DNA of 64,000 nt from an uncultured Bacillales bacterium (GCA_946623125.1 CAMOQR010000002.1:1922-65921); one strand, 5' to 3'. Positions 47,668 to 56,391 are shown, counted from the first letter of the stretch. Numbers and translations: made by a program. Notes: generated by a model from the sequence alone, not told the origin.

Positions 47668-48582
47668 CTATCTATTTCTATATACTAATTTTGGACTGAT
47701 TTTAACCAGTATTTTTTTAATTTTTCTGGATGCTGTATCTGTTAGTAAATAATCAAATACTTTTTCTTTTCTTAATAGGCTTTTATATTCTTTATAATCT
47801 TTCTTATTTAATTCTGTTATCTTTATGATTAATGAATTAGAAATAAAACTCATAAAATATTTTAAATCTAAATTTGTCTTTTTTATTTCATTTCTTAAAA
47901 ATAGATAATGATTATAAAAGTCCTCTACTTTCTTTTTTGTTTTCTCATAATTGTTTGTGCTCATAATACTATTTTCTCTTTGTCGGTAATTGTATCCAAT
48001 ATAGGATATTGATTTTACTTTTTTGGCTTTTATAATGACTAGTGGAATTAATCCAAAATCTTCATGAATTTTTCCTTTGGCAAATTCAAAATGATTTTCT
48101 TCGTAATAACTTTTTTTTATTGCATAACACCAAGCATTTTCTACAAAATGGTACTTACATATTTTTTCAAAGGCTTTCTCTCCATTACATGTATCAAATC
48201 CTTCTTCTTGCCATTTTTTAGGCTCTTGATTAGAATAAGTTTCTTGTATTTGAAAACGTATCAAATCTGGATTATCTTTTGTTGCGTTATTTAATTTTTC
48301 TAATAATTCTTCTTCTATTGTATCATCACTATCTAAAAATAAAATATACTCTCCTCTTGCTTTTTTTACTCCATTATTTCTAGCAACACTTAACCCTTGG
48401 TTTTCTTGATTAATAATTTTTACTTTGTAATCTTTTACAATTTCCATACTATTATCTTTTGTTCCGTCATTTACAACGATTACTTCATAATCTTTAAAGG
48501 TTTGTCTTGCAACACTTTCTAGACAATCTTTTATATATTCTTCTACATTATATACTGGGATTATGATACTGAATTTTGGCAT
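47668..48582 (-). CDS. GT2 glycosyltransferase (first gene of the glycopolymer locus)
   Basis: Motifs: FSIIIPVYNVEEYIKDCLESVARQT, VVNDGTKDNS, LDSDD. RBS GAGGTGAT. Confidence 0.8.
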   Translation of the reverse strand: MPKFSIIIPVYNVEEYIKDCLESVARQTFKDYEVIVVNDGTKDNSMEIVKDYKVKIINQENQGLSVARNNGVKKARGEYILFLDSDDTIEEELLEKLNNATKDNPDLIRFQIQETYSNQEPKKWQEEGFDTCNGEKAFEKICKYHFVENAWCYAIKKSYYEENHFEFAKGKIHEDFGLIPLVIIKAKKVKSISYIGYNYRQRENSIMSTNNYEKTKKKVEDFYNHYLFLRNEIKKTNLDLKYFMSFISNSLIIKITELNKKDYKEYKSLLRKEKVFDYLLTDTASRKIKKILVKISPKLVYRNR

Positions 48583-48625
48583 CTTATCACCTCATATTTT
48601 TATTTTATCATATATTTTAATCTTT

Positions 48626-48654
48626 TTGTAAAAATAGAGTTTTTATATTATAAT
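48626..48654 (+). promoter_or_regulatory. Sigma-A-type promoter for the lipoprotein gene
   Basis: TTGTAA (48626-48631), a 17-nt spacer, then TATAAT (48649-48654), 20 nt upstream of the ATG at 48675. Confidence 0.5.
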
Positions 48655-48674
48655 TATTATGATAGAGGTGTGTT

Positions 48675-49346
48675 ATGAAAAAATATTTTGTTTTATTCAT
48701 AATCATGTTTTTAATATGTGGTTGTGGTCGTGATAAAAAAATTATAATGGAAGAAAAGAATGATCCTAATGAGACTGTTATTGATGATTCTGAAAAGAAT
48801 GATAATCATAGTCTTAATATTCCTATTCATTTTTATCAGAAAAAAAAGAATTCATTAAAAATGGTTCATTCTGTTTCAAAAAAAGATATTACTAATAATA
48901 GTTTAGGTAGATATTATATCTATTTTTCTGATCAGGAAGAGGTTTCTTTAAAAGATGATTTTTCTTATTCTTTTTATGATAAATGGTTAAAGTATCAAGA
49001 TAAATCTTCTTTTAAGATTGGATTTCGTATTCAGTATCATACAAGTGATTTAGGAGATATTTCATATGATATTTTTGATATAAGTAATTTCTTGAATCAA
49101 GATTATTTAGAGATCAGAATATTTGATGATTATCAAAATCGAAATCATAAAGAAGAGTTTTTTCTAAATCAAGATAATTTTAATGATAAAAGTTTATTTT
49201 CTTCTATTCAGTTATTAGGTGGAAATAAAGGAGGATTAATTGATTCTAAAATACTAATTCGTGTATTTACATATACTGATCGAGAGCATATTCAATATAA
49301 TAATGGAGATCAATTTACAATTTGTATTGATTCTTATGAATGTTAA
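48675..49346 (+). CDS. Hypothetical lipoprotein
   Basis: Signal peptide MKKYFVLFIIMFLICGCG with a lipobox-like ICGC; RBS GAGGTG. This is the only plus-strand gene between 12.9 and 60.6 kb. Confidence 0.6.
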   Translation: MKKYFVLFIIMFLICGCGRDKKIIMEEKNDPNETVIDDSEKNDNHSLNIPIHFYQKKKNSLKMVHSVSKKDITNNSLGRYYIYFSDQEEVSLKDDFSYSFYDKWLKYQDKSSFKIGFRIQYHTSDLGDISYDIFDISNFLNQDYLEIRIFDDYQNRNHKEEFFLNQDNFNDKSLFSSIQLLGGNKGGLIDSKILIRVFTYTDREHIQYNNGDQFTICIDSYEC

Positions 49347-49370
49347 AAGGGTTTCATTTGAAACCCTTTT
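49345..49370. terminator. Bidirectional rho-independent terminator
   Basis: 11-bp inverted repeat AAAAGGGTTTC / GAAACCCTTTT with a 4-nt loop and a T-run after it. It sits between convergent genes. Confidence 0.65.
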
Positions 49371-49371
49371 T

Positions 49372-52300
49372 TTATGTAGTAATTAATGAACCTTTTGTAA
49401 CATTCGATGAGGATGATTTTGTTGCGATTACATTATCAATTGCTGTTACGACACTTGTATAATTTACTGTTATGGATGCTCCTGTTTTAGTTGCAGCATT
49501 GTAAAACGTATTTGAGTAAGTTGTTGGATTTTTATATAAATTCATTGTGCAACTAATTCCTACTGCATTATAAAACATTGATTTAATGTTGGTTGCATAT
49601 ACTTTAAGTGTTCCAATACTAAATGGTGCAGCATTATATCCTGTGTAGTAAAACATCTCTGTCATATTAGTTACTTTTGCTGTGTTCCAATTTGATAAAT
49701 TTCCTATTGATAATGTGCTTGCATTATATCCTAAATAGGCAAACATATAAGACATGTTTGTTGCTTGCGTTACATTCCATCCTGATAAGTCTCCAATGTT
49801 TATTGAAGTACAGTTATATCCCAGTTTGTAAAACATGTACTGAAAATATTTTACTTTTGATACATTCCAGTTTGATAGATTTCCAAATGAAATAGAGGAA
49901 GAATTCAATCCAAAACAATAAAACATATATCTTAAATCTGTAGCGCTCGATAGATTCCATCCGGAGATATCTCCTAGATTGATTCCATTTGTTGTAACTC
50001 CTTGTGCAGCATTGTGAAACATATAAGATAAATTTGTTACATTTGTTAAAGTCCATCTGGAGATATCTCCTATGCTCCAAGTAGTCGCAGCATTTCCTGT
50101 ATTGCTAAACATGTAACTCAAATTATTAGCACTTGACATATCCCATTTTCCAAAATCCGTAAGATTAAAACTGGCTGTTGCATTTCCTGCTCCTTTGAAC
50201 ATTGATGCAAAACTAGTAACGTTTGATACATCCCATTTACTAATATCGCCTAAGCTCCAATTTAGAGCACTACTTGCTGCTCCTGTAAACATACATCCTA
50301 ATGAGGTTGCTCCTGACATATTCCAGCTGGATATGTCTCCAATAGACCACACTGTTGCTTTTTTTCCTGAATCTCCAAATAAATAGTAGAAATTTGTAAC
50401 GTGACTTACATCCCAATTTTGTAAATTTCCTAAATTAAAGGTTGTGTCGGCTCCTCCTGCACCATGAAATGCGTGAGCAATCTTTGTAATTGCTGATGTG
50501 TTCCAGCCTGATAAATCTCCTATATACCAAGTTGTTGCATTTCGTGCCGTATAATAAAACATATCTTCTATCGTTTCTAATTTTACTATATTCCATTTTC
50601 CAATATTTCCTATGTTAAATGTTAATGAATTACCTGCACAATTATAAAACATATAAGCCATATTTGTAACGTTTTCTGTGTTCCAATTTGACAAGTCTCC
50701 TATACTCCAATTGTTTTCTTGTGAATATTGTGCAGCATTTGAGAACATTCTTTCCATTGTTGTAACATTTCCAGTATCCCAGTTAGATAAATCTCCAATA
50801 TACCATTCAGTGTTATTACTTTTTGTACCTGTTTCAGAAAACATAGAGTTCATTTTTGTAACTTTTGCAGTCGTCCAACTGCCAATATTTCCTATGTTAA
50901 ATGAATTTGCTGATGAACCAGCATTGTTAAACATATGTTCCATACTTGTTACAGCAGTTGTGTTCCATCCGGATAAATCTCCTATATACCAAGTTGTTGC
51001 ACTATGTCCTGCATTAGCAAACATATTTGCAAAGCTAGTAGCTTTTTCAACATTCCAATTTCCAATATTTCCTATATTAAATGTTGAAGCACTACTCCCT
51101 GTATTTAAGAATAGGTATGTCATGTTTGTTACTTTGGATGTATTCCATCCGGATAAATCTCCTACATTCCATGTATTTGCATTAAAACCACTTTCTCGAA
51201 ACATGTTACTCATCGATGTTGCGGCCAGTGTTTGCCAATTATTAAGATTTCCAATATTCCATTCTTCTTCGGTCGTGAATCCTGCACCATAAAACATACT
51301 ATCAAAACTTTTTACTTTTTTTACATTCCAGTTATCTAATGAGCCAATTGACCAGGTCGTTGCTTTATATCCAAAATTTTTAAACATTTGATACATTGAT
51401 TCAACATTTCCTACATTCCAACTTGACAAATCTCCCAAATACACTGTATCTGCTTGTTCTCCTGCGAAACTAAACATATCATCCATGCTTTGTATATTTG
51501 AAGTATCCCATTTCCCAATATCTCCAATATTAAAGTTATCTGCATTTTGGCCAGCATATGAGAACATTTCTTTCGTATCTTTCACGGCAGATGTTGTCCA
51601 ATTTGATAAATCTCCTATTTCCCATGTCATTGCTTCATTTCCAAAGTAGGAAAACGTTGCATTCATTGTTGTGGCACTTTGGGGCCTCCATCCTGATAAG
51701 TCTAGGGTTACTGTAGTTGAATTAATTCCCGCTTCACTAAAAGTTTCTGTCATGTCTGTTACATTTGTAACATTCCAATTGCTTATATTTCCTATCGACC
51801 AGTTTTCTGCTTCTGCACCAAACCCTTCAAAGGTATCTTTTAAATTAGTAAGAGCCTGGGGCCGCCAATTTCCTAAATTTAAAGATATTGATGTGGCGTT
51901 ATATGCTGCTTGTTGAAACATACTTTCAAAAGTTGTTACTTTTGAAACATCCCAATTTGAAATATTTAAACTCCAACTAGAAGCAGGCTTCCCTGTTACT
52001 GCAAACATAAAATCCATTGTTGTTACATTTGAGGTATTCCAATTGCTTAGGTCTAGACTCCAAGTAGTAGCCGAAAAGCCTGCACTTTGAAACATTTTTG
52101 TCATATTTTCTACATTAGAAACATTCCAATTCGATAAATCTCCAATATAAAAAGTTGATTGGGCATGTTGAATGGCATAAAACATCAAATCCATTTTTGT
52201 TGCGGATTGTGTATTCCAATTAGTTAAGTCAAGATTTACAAAGCTTGAGTTTAAACCTGCTTGGGTAAAAGTATTAGTAAATATTTTTACACTTGAAACA

Positions 52301-53346
52301 TCCCATTTACCAATCTCTCCTACATTCCATTCTGTGGTTTGTTTTGATCCAGCATTAAAGAATAATCCATTCATTGTTGTAACTTTAGAAGTATTCCAAT
52401 TGGAAATATCTCCAATATTAAACCCATTATTTCCGGCATTATTGAAAACTGCTTGCATTTGAGTAACATTTCCCGTGTTCCAATTTGATAAATCTCCTAT
52501 ACTCCACGTTTTTGCTTTGCTTCCAGTACTTTGAAATAATCCATTTATATTGACTACATTCCTAATATCCCAATCATCTAATCCTATAATGTTCACCACA
52601 CCTGCATAATCCATTCCCACTCTTCCAAAGGTTCGATACAATGTTGTTACTTTTGATGTATCCCATCCTGTTACGTTAATGGTTACTGAGTTTGAATCAC
52701 TATATGTACCACTTCCCATTTTTCCTGCTGCAAAAGCAAAGGTATCTGTTAAGTTATTTAGACTATTCATGTTCCAGTGTGATAATTCAAAATTTACATT
52801 TGTTGAGTTGTATCCTGAACCATAAAAGGCTTGCGATAAGTCAGTCAGTTTTGGGGCATATAGATTTCCTGATACATTAAATGAAGATGCACTAAAACCT
52901 GCGTATTGAAACATGTTATTTGCTCTTTCAACATTTGTAAAATCCATATTATTTGTATTTATTCCTATTAAATATTGTTTAGCATAGAACATATAACTAG
53001 TTGATACAATTGGATAATTATTAATAGAACTACATGTTGCTGTTGAAACAGTAACATTAGAAGTGTCTAAAGCATAATACACTCCCCAACCAAATTCACT
53101 AATATCTTGCCATCCATCTTCTGTTTTTTCTTGCATGAAATGATATTCGTAAGTTCCATCATTATAGGATGCTCCAACAGATAAGGCACCATCATATGTA
53201 CATGGATTTGCACCCGTATACTTGTAATAATCCGTATTTCCAGACACAAAAAGATTATTGGATAAGGCAGAATATCCAACAGACTCAAATAACAAAATTG
53301 CAAAAATTGCAATTGAAAATAAAATGTTTATTTTCTTTTTACTCAC
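49372..53346 (-). CDS. Giant DUF285/BspA-type leucine-rich-repeat surface protein with a SipW-cognate-like signal peptide and no C-terminal anchor
   Basis: GTG start at 53346 with an AGGTGA RBS that contains the stop of the signal peptidase gene. I count about 35 units of the W(N/D)xSxVTxMxxMF type, with a ~28-30-aa period. The N-terminus is ...LLFESVGYSALSNNL. The C-terminus has no LPXTG motif or TM helix. Confidence 0.8.
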   Translation of the reverse strand: MSKKKINILFSIAIFAILLFESVGYSALSNNLFVSGNTDYYKYTGANPCTYDGALSVGASYNDGTYEYHFMQEKTEDGWQDISEFGWGVYYALDTSNVTVSTATCSSINNYPIVSTSYMFYAKQYLIGINTNNMDFTNVERANNMFQYAGFSASSFNVSGNLYAPKLTDLSQAFYGSGYNSTNVNFELSHWNMNSLNNLTDTFAFAAGKMGSGTYSDSNSVTINVTGWDTSKVTTLYRTFGRVGMDYAGVVNIIGLDDWDIRNVVNINGLFQSTGSKAKTWSIGDLSNWNTGNVTQMQAVFNNAGNNGFNIGDISNWNTSKVTTMNGLFFNAGSKQTTEWNVGEIGKWDVSSVKIFTNTFTQAGLNSSFVNLDLTNWNTQSATKMDLMFYAIQHAQSTFYIGDLSNWNVSNVENMTKMFQSAGFSATTWSLDLSNWNTSNVTTMDFMFAVTGKPASSWSLNISNWDVSKVTTFESMFQQAAYNATSISLNLGNWRPQALTNLKDTFEGFGAEAENWSIGNISNWNVTNVTDMTETFSEAGINSTTVTLDLSGWRPQSATTMNATFSYFGNEAMTWEIGDLSNWTTSAVKDTKEMFSYAGQNADNFNIGDIGKWDTSNIQSMDDMFSFAGEQADTVYLGDLSSWNVGNVESMYQMFKNFGYKATTWSIGSLDNWNVKKVKSFDSMFYGAGFTTEEEWNIGNLNNWQTLAATSMSNMFRESGFNANTWNVGDLSGWNTSKVTNMTYLFLNTGSSASTFNIGNIGNWNVEKATSFANMFANAGHSATTWYIGDLSGWNTTAVTSMEHMFNNAGSSANSFNIGNIGSWTTAKVTKMNSMFSETGTKSNNTEWYIGDLSNWDTGNVTTMERMFSNAAQYSQENNWSIGDLSNWNTENVTNMAYMFYNCAGNSLTFNIGNIGKWNIVKLETIEDMFYYTARNATTWYIGDLSGWNTSAITKIAHAFHGAGGADTTFNLGNLQNWDVSHVTNFYYLFGDSGKKATVWSIGDISSWNMSGATSLGCMFTGAASSALNWSLGDISKWDVSNVTSFASMFKGAGNATASFNLTDFGKWDMSSANNLSYMFSNTGNAATTWSIGDISRWTLTNVTNLSYMFHNAAQGVTTNGINLGDISGWNLSSATDLRYMFYCFGLNSSSISFGNLSNWNVSKVKYFQYMFYKLGYNCTSINIGDLSGWNVTQATNMSYMFAYLGYNASTLSIGNLSNWNTAKVTNMTEMFYYTGYNAAPFSIGTLKVYATNIKSMFYNAVGISCTMNLYKNPTTYSNTFYNAATKTGASITVNYTSVVTAIDNVIATKSSSSNVTKGSLITT
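49626..52899 (-). repeat. Array of ~35 degenerate 84-90-bp coding repeats (DUF285 LRR units)
   Basis: The periodic motif GD(I/L)SxWN(T/V)SxVTxMxxMFxxA recurs throughout the translated ORF. Confidence 0.85.
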
Positions 53347-53352
53347 AAATTA

Positions 53353-54483
53353 TCACCTGTTTTTGATTAATTCACTTAATGAAACGGTTGGCCAACCTAA
53401 CCATTTTATATTCATTACTACTTTTCCAACAACATCGTTGTTGTTTACAACCCACGCATCTTCACTTTCATTCGCATCTCCTTTAGTTCGAAAGTGATTT
53501 TTATCTTGTTCCACTTCTATTACTCTATGAACTACAACTTTTCCTAGTTCTTGAAAAGCAATAATATCTCCTTTTTTTATTTCTTTTTTCTTTTTATCTA
53601 TAATTACAATATCCCCTTTATTGATTGTTCCTTGCATAGAACCTGATCCAATGGCAAGAGAATAAAATCTAAATTTATTACTTGTAAGATATAACATGAT
53701 ACAAACATTTACGGCTATAAATATATTGCATGCGGTAAACAATATCTTATTATTTTTTAATTTTCTACTATTCTTTATTTTTTCTGTTTTTACATTTGTT
53801 ACATTGGCAATAAATAATCCTGTTACGATTGGAAGTAATACTTGTGCAATGATTTCAAAGAAATCTCCTAAGTTTGGGAATACTGGTAAAAGATATTTTG
53901 GAATGATTATTAATAATTGATATATTAGACTACATTTCTTATCTGATTTATATGTAATATATGACAATAGTATATGTTTTAAGATACATGGAAGAATCAA
54001 TGATAATATTGCATTAAATATATCTAGTCTTGATGTATACATCCTTAAATTGATAAGAGATGGCATTTCTAACATAATTCCAATTAATGGAGTTATATAG
54101 ATAATTGATTTATGATAGAAATTGTTTTTAATTAAGTTTTCTCTTAATACTTCAATTGATCCTATTACGATTAATGCAGTTGTGATATTAGTTACAATTC
54201 CAAAGAATGATCTACTATATGATGTATAATAAAATCCAAAGAAAAATCCTAAGAAGTTTGTTATAAAGTAATAAAACAAAATACAAATAATAATAATTAG
54301 TGTTATATCTGTATGAAATCTTTCTTTTCTTTTTTCTGGTTTAAATATAACTGAAGGAATAATTGCCATTAATAGAAGGATTCCTAAATACACATATCTA
54401 TTGATGGTAATATAAAAGAAACAAAAAAAAGAAAGAAGTATGATTATACATTCAGTCAACTTTATTTTTGTTGAATATTTCAT
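53353..54483 (-). CDS. ER/archaeal-type (S26B, SipW-like) signal peptidase I fused to a ~270-aa N-terminal polytopic membrane domain
   Basis: ATG at 54483 with an AAGGAG RBS. The C-terminal ~100 aa carry SGSMQGT (catalytic Ser), VVHRVIEV (His) and TKGDANESED (GDAN box), with no Ser-Lys dyad signature. About 9 predicted TM helices precede this domain. No in-frame ATG would give a stand-alone one-TM enzyme. Confidence 0.7.
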   Translation of the reverse strand: MKYSTKIKLTECIIILLSFFCFFYITINRYVYLGILLLMAIIPSVIFKPEKRKERFHTDITLIIIICILFYYFITNFLGFFFGFYYTSYSRSFFGIVTNITTALIVIGSIEVLRENLIKNNFYHKSIIYITPLIGIMLEMPSLINLRMYTSRLDIFNAILSLILPCILKHILLSYITYKSDKKCSLIYQLLIIIPKYLLPVFPNLGDFFEIIAQVLLPIVTGLFIANVTNVKTEKIKNSRKLKNNKILFTACNIFIAVNVCIMLYLTSNKFRFYSLAIGSGSMQGTINKGDIVIIDKKKKEIKKGDIIAFQELGKVVVHRVIEVEQDKNHFRTKGDANESEDAWVVNNNDVVGKVVMNIKWLGWPTVSLSELIKNR

Positions 54484-54498
54484 ACAATCCACTCCTTT

Positions 54499-55077
54499 TT
54501 ATTTTTGTGAAAAATTTAATTGATAGGAAAAACCCTGCGCGGTAAAATTTCCTACTCCCTCTCCTAACTCATAATATACATTTAAAAATACATTCTTTTT
54601 AGTTGCAGTTGTTCCATTTTTTGCTTCTAATATATCTCCTATTTGTACCAATTGTTCCCCATTTGGATCATAACTTACTGTATATTTAACATTTCCACAT
54701 GTCATAGTGCTTCCATTTGTTGTACAACTCATTCCTGTTGGAGGGGTCATTGTAATGCCGGAAATTTGTCCCGCTATATCTCCATTATTTACTAGCATTA
54801 AATTATATAAGCATTTACTGTCTGTTTTATAAAATTTTGCTGAAACATTGCTAACTGTAGTTTTGTTTATTACTCCTACACTACAATCTGCATTAACGTT
54901 TCCTGTGCTTTTGGTATTAGGATCAAATCCAATATCCCAAGTTAGAGCATTTTGTGTTGTTTTATTGACTGTCATTGTAACATTGGAACTTAAAAGAGCA
55001 AATGCAATGGACATTGTTATTAAAGTAAGAGAAAAAATTATGACTCCACCATATATTAATTTCTTATTGCGAATCAT
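54499..55077 (-). CDS. TasA/CalY (camelysin, M73)-like secreted protein, paralog 4 (most divergent)
   Basis: ATG at 55077 preceded by GGAGGA; an alternative ATG at 55092 overlaps the upstream stop as TAATG. The signal peptide ends SIAFALLSS. It also has QNALTWDIGF, four conserved Cys and the C-terminal FSYQLNFSQK. Confidence 0.55.
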   Translation of the reverse strand: MIRNKKLIYGGVIIFSLTLITMSIAFALLSSNVTMTVNKTTQNALTWDIGFDPNTKSTGNVNADCSVGVINKTTVSNVSAKFYKTDSKCLYNLMLVNNGDIAGQISGITMTPPTGMSCTTNGSTMTCGNVKYTVSYDPNGEQLVQIGDILEAKNGTTATKKNVFLNVYYELGEGVGNFTAQGFSYQLNFSQK

Positions 55078-55091
55078 ATTTTTCTCCTCCA

Positions 55092-56354
55092 TTACTCATC
55101 TATGTCTGCTTCTTTTAAAGTATATTTATAAGTACGATCAATATCTTGAACATAGAATTCTGATTTTACATTATTAACTTTAAAATATAATATTGGTTTA
55201 TTTACCGTATCCCGTACATCTAATAATTCTAAGAATGTAGTAACGGTATAGATATCATTACTATTTTTCAACATATTATTATCTTTTAAAGTTACAATTA
55301 CTTTATCGTATGTTGTTAATATTTGTTTTAGTTTTTTATCATATTTTGAATCATTTTTAAATGATTTTGATAATAATTCTGTTAATTTATATAAATTATA
55401 AATACTAAATCCAAGTGATATTGTTAATACAATGAATGATAATATTACAACTATTCCATAAGATTTTGTAATATGAGTATCCATATTATTAGATGTTTCA
55501 CTCTTTGTGATACCATATGTTAATTCTTTTAGTGGAATTGTTAGAGATGATACTTCTCTTTCTCCTTTTTCATCTTTTATAAATAATGAAACTTTTAGAT
55601 TAGATTTTCCAATAATTGCGTATTCATTCATATAATCAATTATATAATCGTTATAATCTTGAAATGGAATATCAATTGATTCTACAAAGGATAAAACATT
55701 TCCATTTACTGATACTTTTTTATTGTCTAGTATTTTTTCTTCTTTTTTAAATAATTCTTTTCCACTTTCGGCATCTAATTTAACATCCATTTTTGTTGTA
55801 ATATAATATTCAAAGTTTGCTTTTGTTTTTTCTTGGAATACTTTATTATAATTAAAATCAACACGAATATTTTTTGTTAGGGAGGTTACATATTGTAACC
55901 CTTCCTCTAAACAAGAAGTATTATAAAATTTATTTTCATTTAAGCATACTTGATAATTAATGCTTGTATTTTCATTTGCTTGAATTACTTTTGTTCTATT
56001 TTTTTGAAAAATGATTAATGATATTACAAATATCATGATTGTCATACAACATAGAAGTATTTTCTTTGTTAATCTTGGTAAAAATCCATAGTAATCATTC
56101 TTTTTCTTTGGTTTTGTTAATTTTATTTTGTTTTGTTTTTCCGGTTCTTGCTCTTCTAATAGTTCTGGTTGATTATTATCTATTGATTCTTGTAGATTCT
56201 CTTCTTTTTGTGTGTTTTCTAATTCTTCTATGTTTGTATTTGATTGAAAAGTGTCATTTTTAATATCTAATTCTTCATTTTCGGAAATATTTTCAGATTC
56301 ATCTAATAATTCTTCAATTTCTTCTGGTTCATTTGTTTTATTATTTATTTCCAT
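55092..56354 (-). CDS. Two-TM membrane protein with an acidic cytoplasmic N-terminus and a ~200-aa outside domain (I recall a similar DUF5305-type protein next to SipW genes; unverified)
   Basis: 420 aa. The first ~90 aa are very acidic (E/D/N-rich). TM1 is ILLCCMTIMIFVISLIIF and TM2 is YGIVVILSFIVLTISLGFSIY, followed by a ~95-aa C-terminal cytoplasmic domain. Confidence 0.5.
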   Translation of the reverse strand: MEINNKTNEPEEIEELLDESENISENEELDIKNDTFQSNTNIEELENTQKEENLQESIDNNQPELLEEQEPEKQNKIKLTKPKKKNDYYGFLPRLTKKILLCCMTIMIFVISLIIFQKNRTKVIQANENTSINYQVCLNENKFYNTSCLEEGLQYVTSLTKNIRVDFNYNKVFQEKTKANFEYYITTKMDVKLDAESGKELFKKEEKILDNKKVSVNGNVLSFVESIDIPFQDYNDYIIDYMNEYAIIGKSNLKVSLFIKDEKGEREVSSLTIPLKELTYGITKSETSNNMDTHITKSYGIVVILSFIVLTISLGFSIYNLYKLTELLSKSFKNDSKYDKKLKQILTTYDKVIVTLKDNNMLKNSNDIYTVTTFLELLDVRDTVNKPILYFKVNNVKSEFYVQDIDRTYKYTLKEADIDE

Positions 56355-56391
56355 TAGACACCCTTCTTTCTTTTTTTACTTTTTATTTTTT

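Noticed and set aside
50678-51292. A 204-aa plus-strand ORF, and others at 50195-50386, 51671-51916 and 52692-52880, lying antisense to the giant repeat gene.
   Set aside because: They lie entirely inside the 1324-aa minus-strand CDS and have no RBS. They translate to low-complexity hydrophobic strings. The periodic codon composition of the DUF285 repeats keeps antisense frames open by chance.
53683-54483. The extra membrane domain of the signal peptidase could be a CPBP/CAAX-type intramembrane protease.
   Set aside because: I found only loose resemblances (IEVLRENL, LKHILLSY). The EExxxR and FxxxH/HxxxN motif set is not present in the expected form. The domain is left as unknown.
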